From Diploschistes diacapsis (Eukaryota), in the NCBI GenBank assembly GCA_023645945.1, contig JALAIB010000039.1:1-42903 (forward strand): 42,903 bases of DNA. Direction: 5' to 3'. The notes below the pieces were generated by a model. It was not told where the DNA came from, did no database searches, and worked only from the letters and a program-made list of their open reading frames with translations. Positions 36,231 through 42,903 of this stretch are shown in pieces; the stretch's first letter is position 1, and each line of letters opens with the position of its first letter. A program made the translations under genes and the position numbers.

Positions 36231-37858
36231 CTCAGCTATTGTCGGTTACAATCGCCACGTCGTCCAGGGTGTGATCTAGGAGGCAGGAACTTGTCCGCTT
36301 GCAGCCTTGGATATCGCAGCTCATCCTTGTTTGACTTGACTTCAGCGCGAGCGGCATCTTCGCCTCGACTGCTGACCCTAGAGTGAGTACGTGGGACTTT
36401 GAGATGCAAAACTGAGCGAGCTCGTAGTGCATACTCGGGTTGAGAAGTCTTCTCGCTTATATTGTATAATCGGCAGCGGTTATTGTGACGGTTAATTTTG
36501 GCAGATTGCAGACGCTAAGCTACGTTCCCTCGAAAAATACAGAGCTACTTAGATTTGTATGTAGATCCCATATCAATTGAAGTAGTACCCATAGTCTTCC
36601 CAGCCAGAGCAAACATTATGCATTTTATATTGCACTTTCTCTCACCCAAAATCCTCCCCCAGTTGCTGCTCATATCTTTGAAATCCAAGTATTTATTTGC
36701 CTTGCTTGCTGCTCCAGCCACTAACTACGCCAACCCACTTGTGTACACCCGATTTTGCACACTGCCAAGATAATGGTCAGAATCCTTTATTGCAGTTCCT
36801 AGCGATAGCGGCAGGTGTTCACACCTCAGCCATGACTATCTATCTAGAGTTAGTTATCTTAGAGCGATGGGACTAGCTGACAAGTTGTGGAGTGTGGACT
36901 AAATAAGCGAACTGAAAACTGCAACGTGGGCAGTCACATCATTTTAGACTATAACTAGTAGGAAGTAGAACACGTTGTGGATCCCGTCGTTACGTCAATC
37001 CGTAACTTCACATCAACTTGGGCCTGCTCGGCGATGCCTCAATCACATACTCGCAAGAAATAGGATCCAGGTTCGGAGGTGATGCTTTCCTGAAAAGCGG
37101 TAAGGGGGGATGACTACGTCCCCAAGCTACTTCCTAGGAATACAACTTGTGCTCGGCTAAATTACTCTTTCTCTTGCCATATGCTTCAAGGGATGGATCC
37201 TCGAGGCATCGAAGTGCGAATATACCCCTCAAGACGAAGACGGCTGGGCCGCAATCGGAGACGGAAACGCATAACATGGCAATTAATGGGGTCTTCACTG
37301 CATTCACTTGCGTGGTAGAATCTAACATATACGATTCTGGGGCGAAATAGCGTCAAATGCTAAGCGAAAATACTGCAGCGATAGCTCGCTGAGCTCCAGT
37401 CTCCTCGGCTGAAGCTCGCTATTCCCAGCTTTGCTTCCACCGCTTCTGCCAGGACTCTGTCTTGATCTAAATCTGACAGTCTGTGGCCATAGGAAGTAGA
37501 AACTAGGCACTGGAACTATAGCGCTAGACTGTGTGCAAGGTGGATTTCCAATGAACATATGAGACAAGCGGTCGGTCACGGCACGTCGATACGGATGGGT
37601 CATCCCGACCAGGATAACTGGGGGATTTATTGTCTTCTCTTATGCGGAGCCTCGTGGTGATTGTTCTGGTGATTAAAAGTATCTGGAGGTTCAGTTTGTG
37701 GAGTTCCACCGTGTCCTTCTTTCATCCTTCCATTTACCTGTCTCTACTCTTTGAACGTCGTTGCTTGATGGCCACTGGCTCACAAAGTCGACGTTAGACA
37801 ACACAATTTGACCTTATTCAGCACCGCTGTCTCTTGAGGGTCGGAAAGGCTATCAAGC

Positions 37859-38812
37859 ATGGCAATTTATTCTGAGCTCCCGCAGGAGGAGAGGTTTGTC
37901 CCTTTAGAACCGGATGTGGTAGGGAGCTCGGAGCGTCCATGGAAACGATTTGCTATTCTCTGCAGCAAGGTTACCATATGTCTTCTCGCTGTTTGGGGCA
38001 TATTTGACATCGCAAACACTTCGATAGTTGCAATATCAAAGACCAGAACGGCGGAGACAATGGCAGAGATCGCATCACTAACGATCCCTTCCTCGGCTAC
38101 CCAGATTGAGTCTATTGCGGCGTCGCGACCGGTCCTAGAAAACGGCTACGTGAAGCGTCCTTCGAAGAGCTCATGCAGATGCGGTAGTACAATCAGCGAG
38201 GCTCTTGCGAATGATTGCAAGTACGACTCTCATGCCACAGCTTGGTTGCCGCCTCACTGCCGGGATGATGAACTACTCGAAGAATGGGAACGGTCTGGTC
38301 GGGGTCCTAACGGGGCATGGGAGTACTTTGCATATCCAAGTCGAAATCAATCTCTCACCGTGGAAGAGGTATCAATGCTCGCGGACACAGGCGGATCCTT
38401 CTGGATGACCCATGAGTGGCACATTATGGTAAGCTCGCCCTACCTTTTCTTGCTTAGCTTGTGAATGTGGAAATGAACGAAAGGAAAGAGAAAAGCACCG
38501 CTACCATCTAAGGCATTACTGTATTTGCAGTTTTTTCTTGAATGGTAATGATTTACTCCCCTTGTTAATCCAGACAAACCTGCCTACCCCAAACCACTGA
38601 CGTTGTGATAGCACTGCGCATTCTCTTGGCGCAAGCTCTTACGGGCTCCGGTGACCGGAATCACAATAGATAGGCGTACCGACGGCCTTCACCATATCAA
38701 ACACTGCGAGAAGAATTTTCTGCGAAGAGTTGATATTCATCAGATCGTAACTGTCTCGGGCGTTTCTCTGGATGCAGATGAAGGAGAGGACATGGAAATT
38801 GGACCTGCATAG
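37859..38812 (+). CDS. Second HxxHC oxidase (DUF3328-related subfamily)
   Basis: TM helix; CGSTISEALANDCKYD..AWLPPHCRDDEL. Intron 38429-38611 joins WHIM|HCAFSWRK; second motif HIKHC; stop 38810-38812; 256 aa. Confidence 0.8.
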
Positions 38813-39877
38813 TGATTGTTGCATAGAATGCGAAAGCTCCCACAGCTAGTATGATTGGATTTGCATATGTGGGTTTTCTACGGAGATAAACCATTAAACC
38901 CGAAGACTTATTATAGTCCTGCGCTTCGATACAGCTCCATTGCAGCAAGCTTCGCGTGGCAGATGAACGCTTTGAGACATCTTTCAAGTCGAAGTTGCAA
39001 ATGGCTTCGGTGCCATTCGGAATAGAACAAGTCCGACCAGGGTCGCCCCTTTTGGAAGAATTTCGTCCTGGATTCTAAGTCGGATGTAACAGTGGCGATG
39101 TGATTAAAGAGGAAGGGCCTGGGAGGGAGGGGGAAGGGTGGTATAAATACTGGCCGGACTCGGAGTTTAGGGTTTGTACTTTTCTTGCACAACTTTTATG
39201 CTCCGCCTTAATTTAGGACATGTATATAAATGGCTTAACGTTTCGCTCGAGTAATGTAGTTCACATAACTTTACGGTTATGGTTTTATCTTCTACACCCA
39301 CCTGCATTCATTTTATTAAATCTTTTTTAGGCGTTGTTTTAAATCGAGCATAATAATCTTCTTTCATTTTTTCAGGGACGTGGAAACGTTTAATAGTATC
39401 TTGTTTGAGCTGAAAGGGGTGGCTATTTGCGGGCATAATGAATGCTTAGTATATGGATAAATTAGGGGACTAATTTATGCGATTAAAAAACTTATCCTCG
39501 GTATTTATAGCTTCAATATTAGTGGAATTATGTGAGTTTGGAAGTTGGATTTTGTATTCTTCTTTGTCTCGCTCCTCCTGCCACCATATATATGTTTTAC
39601 CATCACTCCTTGTTTACCTGTGCAGGCGGTCAGCCGGAGCAACAGAGGCTGCGATTGATTAGAAATAGCCGTTCCGTAGCCTGGAAGAAAGAAGCGACTG
39701 TGACCTCGATGACCTGATGTCGGCGATCGGCATCCTGTGTAATCAGCCTGGCTGTATCCGAGTTGACACTTGCGTCTTGCTTTAAAATGCCCGCTTCATC
39801 CACAATCAACAATCGAACCTTCAAAGGTGTACTGCTTTTCATCAAACATCCTGTTTGCAATAACTTTGCTCTTCGCC

Positions 39878-40935
39878 ATGTCCTATCCGGAAGCCATCTT
39901 CGGCTGCTCCAGTGTCGGAGAGTATTATATGACTCCTGAACAAGTCGAGGAGCTCGTCTCCGTCCTCCAAAAGGTCGGCATCACCCACCTCGATACCGCC
40001 GCCAGATATCCTCCAACCAACCCCGGCCATTCTGAAAAAGTACTGGGGGAGAACAATGTGCCATCTCGCTTCACCTTGGATACGAAGATAAAACTGGTCG
40101 GCTTCGATTCGAAGGGCTCGCTGACGGCGCAAGCCATCGACGACTCCATTGCCGAGCAGTTTTCCCGTCTCAAAGTTACTAGCGTCAACACACTCTACTG
40201 CCATGCTCCAGATACGCAGACTCCTCTTGAGGAGCAGCTGGCTGCTGTCGACAAGCATTATCGAGCCGGAAAGTTCAAGCATGTTTGTCATGCCTTCTCC
40301 AATCCCTCTACGCCTGTCCACTCACGAAATTGATGTAGCTTGGAGTAGCGAACTTCTCGGCTCAGATGGTCAATGAGATGATTCAAATCGCCGAGAAGAA
40401 GGGATATGTCAAGCCTACGGTCTATCAAGGGCACTACAATCTCATCTGCCGAGGGCCTGAAGCCGAGATCCTCCCATTGCTGAAAAGGCATGGGATTAAG
40501 TATAATGCTTACAGGTGTGTTCGCTCTCTGATGGTTAAGTTTGTTTAAAGCTAACAATTCGAAAGTCCTTTGGCTGGCGGCTTCCTTACCGGGAAACTGA
40601 CAAAAGGAGAAACATCCGACACTCGTTTCATGGAAGGTAATAAATTTGGCCAGTACTACAAAATGCTATACGATAAACCGGAGATGCACACAGCCATAAA
40701 AGAGCTTGAAAGCATTACTCAGGAGGCAAATCTCAGTATTACCGAGGCAGCTCTCCGTTGGATCTTCTACCACTCCGCCTTGGACAAGAACGACGGAGTC
40801 ATATTGGGAGGCAGTAAGCCCAGGTATCCTGAACAGAACATTGCAGATATGTCAAAGGGCCCGTTGCCGAAGTCGGTAGTGGATAGGCTCGACAAAATCT
40901 GGGGTGTTGTAGAGAATGCTGCCCCAGCTACATAG
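39878..40935 (+). CDS. Aldo-keto reductase (aflatoxin B1 aldehyde reductase/AKR7-like)
   Basis: LDTAARY, LDTK, LYCHAPD, LGVANF, PTVYQGHYN, AYSPLAGGFLTGK, AALRW. Introns 40283-40338 and 40515-40565. Confidence 0.92.
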
Positions 40936-41492
40936 AACAATGTCCAAGTTGTGGAATTTTGGCAAGCGGGAGGCCTTTGCTTAGCCAGAACAACTGTGGG
41001 AGCCCAATCTCTGGCCGTCTCATTCGGATATGTTAGTTCCGCTGTTAGCTGATAGTTGGACTTGGTAAGAAAGTAGACGCGGCTTGTAAGGAAAAACATC
41101 CTGCCGCACGGTTTTGCACCATGCATCAATTCTGTTCTTTGATACCTGTTATTCTGCAATAACATAGTCTTTGCCTACTCTGTCTTTGGGCGAGCCATAT
41201 CTCGGACGAGAGACTATGCATGGCACCTCGCCTCACATGGACTGGGATCAGCGATAGCTGATTGTCGAAGGCCATCTAATATGTCGCTCTACTACAACGC
41301 CATGACCGATTAAGCTTAAGCTTAAATGCTATGCTCTAGAGTCAAGAAGAAAAAGCGGTGAGAGATTGTCCTCCTTCCATGGATGAACTACGCAAGCCAT
41401 GTCCGTTGCTCAACAGCGGTCATAGACTCAAGAGGCCATAAGCCAGCGGAGCTCTGATATCTTGAAACTGCCACTCCACTTCGCTAGAACTC

Positions 41493-42903
41493 ATGTTGGT
41501 CTCTATACTTTCAGAATGAAGTCTGCTCACAGTCCTGCCGCTGTTCCACAGCCTTCCGGTATACTCAGTGCCCTCCTCGACAGAGAGCGGACTGTCTTGG
41601 AGCAACGTGAAGGAGAACCCAAGTTTCAAGGATGTCTCATGGATTCAGGCCGTTTGTGTGACAATTGTGACTCTGTACATTATAAGCAATATCTCTTCTG
41701 CCTTCACCAGCTTCAAAGCGCCTTTTGCTGGATACAGATCATGGCTCGAGCCATCGTGGCTTGTACGCTTACGCTTCTCCCGCGGAGCCCTTCCTATGAT
41801 CAATGGAGGCTACTCAAGGGTTACTTGTGCAAATGCAGTGCGAGCTAAACAAAGCTGACACGGTGGTTAGTTCAAGAATTCCATGTTCAAAATCTCGCGT
41901 AATGACGACGATATACTTATCATCTCCAACAAGTACGTGGAGGAACTACGAACCCTCCCAGATGAAAAAATCAGTGCCATTGGAGCACACATCAAGGTAT
42001 ACTATTGGATTGATAGGAAGATTTCGAGCTAATGAACAGTAGAACCTGCTAGGGAAATACTATTCGATTCTTATTCTTTTGGAGAGCGACTTACACAGTC
42101 GGATCCTGCAAACGAAGTTGACTCCCCAGCTGGCATCTTTCATATCCGTAGTCAAGAACGAGCTAGACTTTGCTTTCGGGGTTGAAGTCCCCAAATGCAA
42201 AGGTACATCCACCACAAACTCGCTGCTCGTTGATAGCCTTAACGAAGACATCTCAGATAGATGGGTCGAAGTCCAGATCTAGTAGATCCTTCTGCAGCTC
42301 ATTGCCCGCATCAGCGCGAGAGTCTTCCTCGGCTACCCAGCCTGCCGCAACCAAGAATGGCTTCACACCTCCATCAAGTACACAGAGAACGTCTTCGCGA
42401 CCGTCATCACTTTCCGCTTCCTCCCCTCGTACCTGCATCCTCTGATCGCCATGTTCCTGCCCCCAGCCTACAAAGTGCAGTCGAACCTTCGCCTAGCCAA
42501 GCGCATCATCGGCCCCATGGTCCGCGAGCGCCGCGCCAAAGCCGAGTCCGGCGACCCGACCTGGGAACGGCCCGACGACCTGCTGCAGTGGATGATCGAA
42601 GCGGCCAACGAGAACGACGGCACGCCTGACAAGCTCGCGCACAGGCAGCTGCTGCTCAGTCTGGCCTCGATCCACACCACCACCATGTCCGCCGCGCACG
42701 CCCTCTAGGATCTATGTGCACACCCGAAGTACTTCGAGCCGCTGAGGCAGGAGATTCTAGAAGTCCTCCGCGAGGACAATGGATGGCAGAAATCCACGCT
42801 GGGAAAGCTACGCAAGCTGGATAGCTTCCTCAAGGAGAGGCAGCGCATCAATCCCCCGAGTCTACGTAAGTGGCATCTCTAACAAAACCCTCCCCCCTCC
42901 TCC
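41493..42903 (+). pseudogene. Cytochrome P450 (ent-kaurene oxidase/CYP503-like), disrupted, truncated by window end
   Basis: GYRSWLEPSWLVRLRF, LESDLHSRILQTKLTP, ARISARVFLG, LSLASIHTT, KLDSFLKE. Introns near 41820-41870, 41997-42042, 42203-42256. In-frame TAGTAG 42280-42285, TAG 42706-42708, and TGA 41517 if ATG 41493 is the start. Confidence 0.88.

Noticed and set aside
36678..36940. Possible second small secreted precursor (LKSKYLFALLAAPATNYANPL...LNKR)
   Set aside because: No ATG, and no consistent splice path or repeat unit could be built. At most a relic.
35387..42708. TAG reassigned as a sense codon
   Set aside because: TAG is the normal terminator of several genes here (7140, 36230, 38812, 40935).

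Overview
Genomic DNA from a filamentous ascomycete (Pezizomycotina): short GT-AG introns with CTRAY branch sites, a Zn2Cys6 factor, HET and NLR genes. Left to right: a RIP-like degraded UPF1/DNA2-type helicase relic and an intact caspase-like gene sharing an upstream repeat; a tRNA-like hairpin; a secreted protein with 39-nt tandem repeats; a divergent lamA-like (urea carboxylase family)/lamB pair; a SesB-like/NB-ARC/TPR NLR; Sld7; a single-pass surface protein; a Tc1/mariner-type MITE; a HET pseudogene; a Zn2Cys6 TF; a peroxiredoxin-like gene; an FAD monooxygenase pseudogene; and an SDR. The main finding is a five-exon gene absent from the ORF track (34461-34019, minus strand). It encodes a 79-aa secreted repeat precursor with one repeat per exon and Tyr-free candidate cores QAFREPTF/QVFRQPNF. 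It is divergent from a UstYa/DUF3328 oxidase gene and near a second HxxHC oxidase, an aldo-keto reductase and a P450. This looks like a dikaritin-type fungal RiPP locus that I do not recognise, partly pseudogenised in this strain. Family assignments rest on motifs read by eye, and all gene models were spliced manually; no database searches were run.
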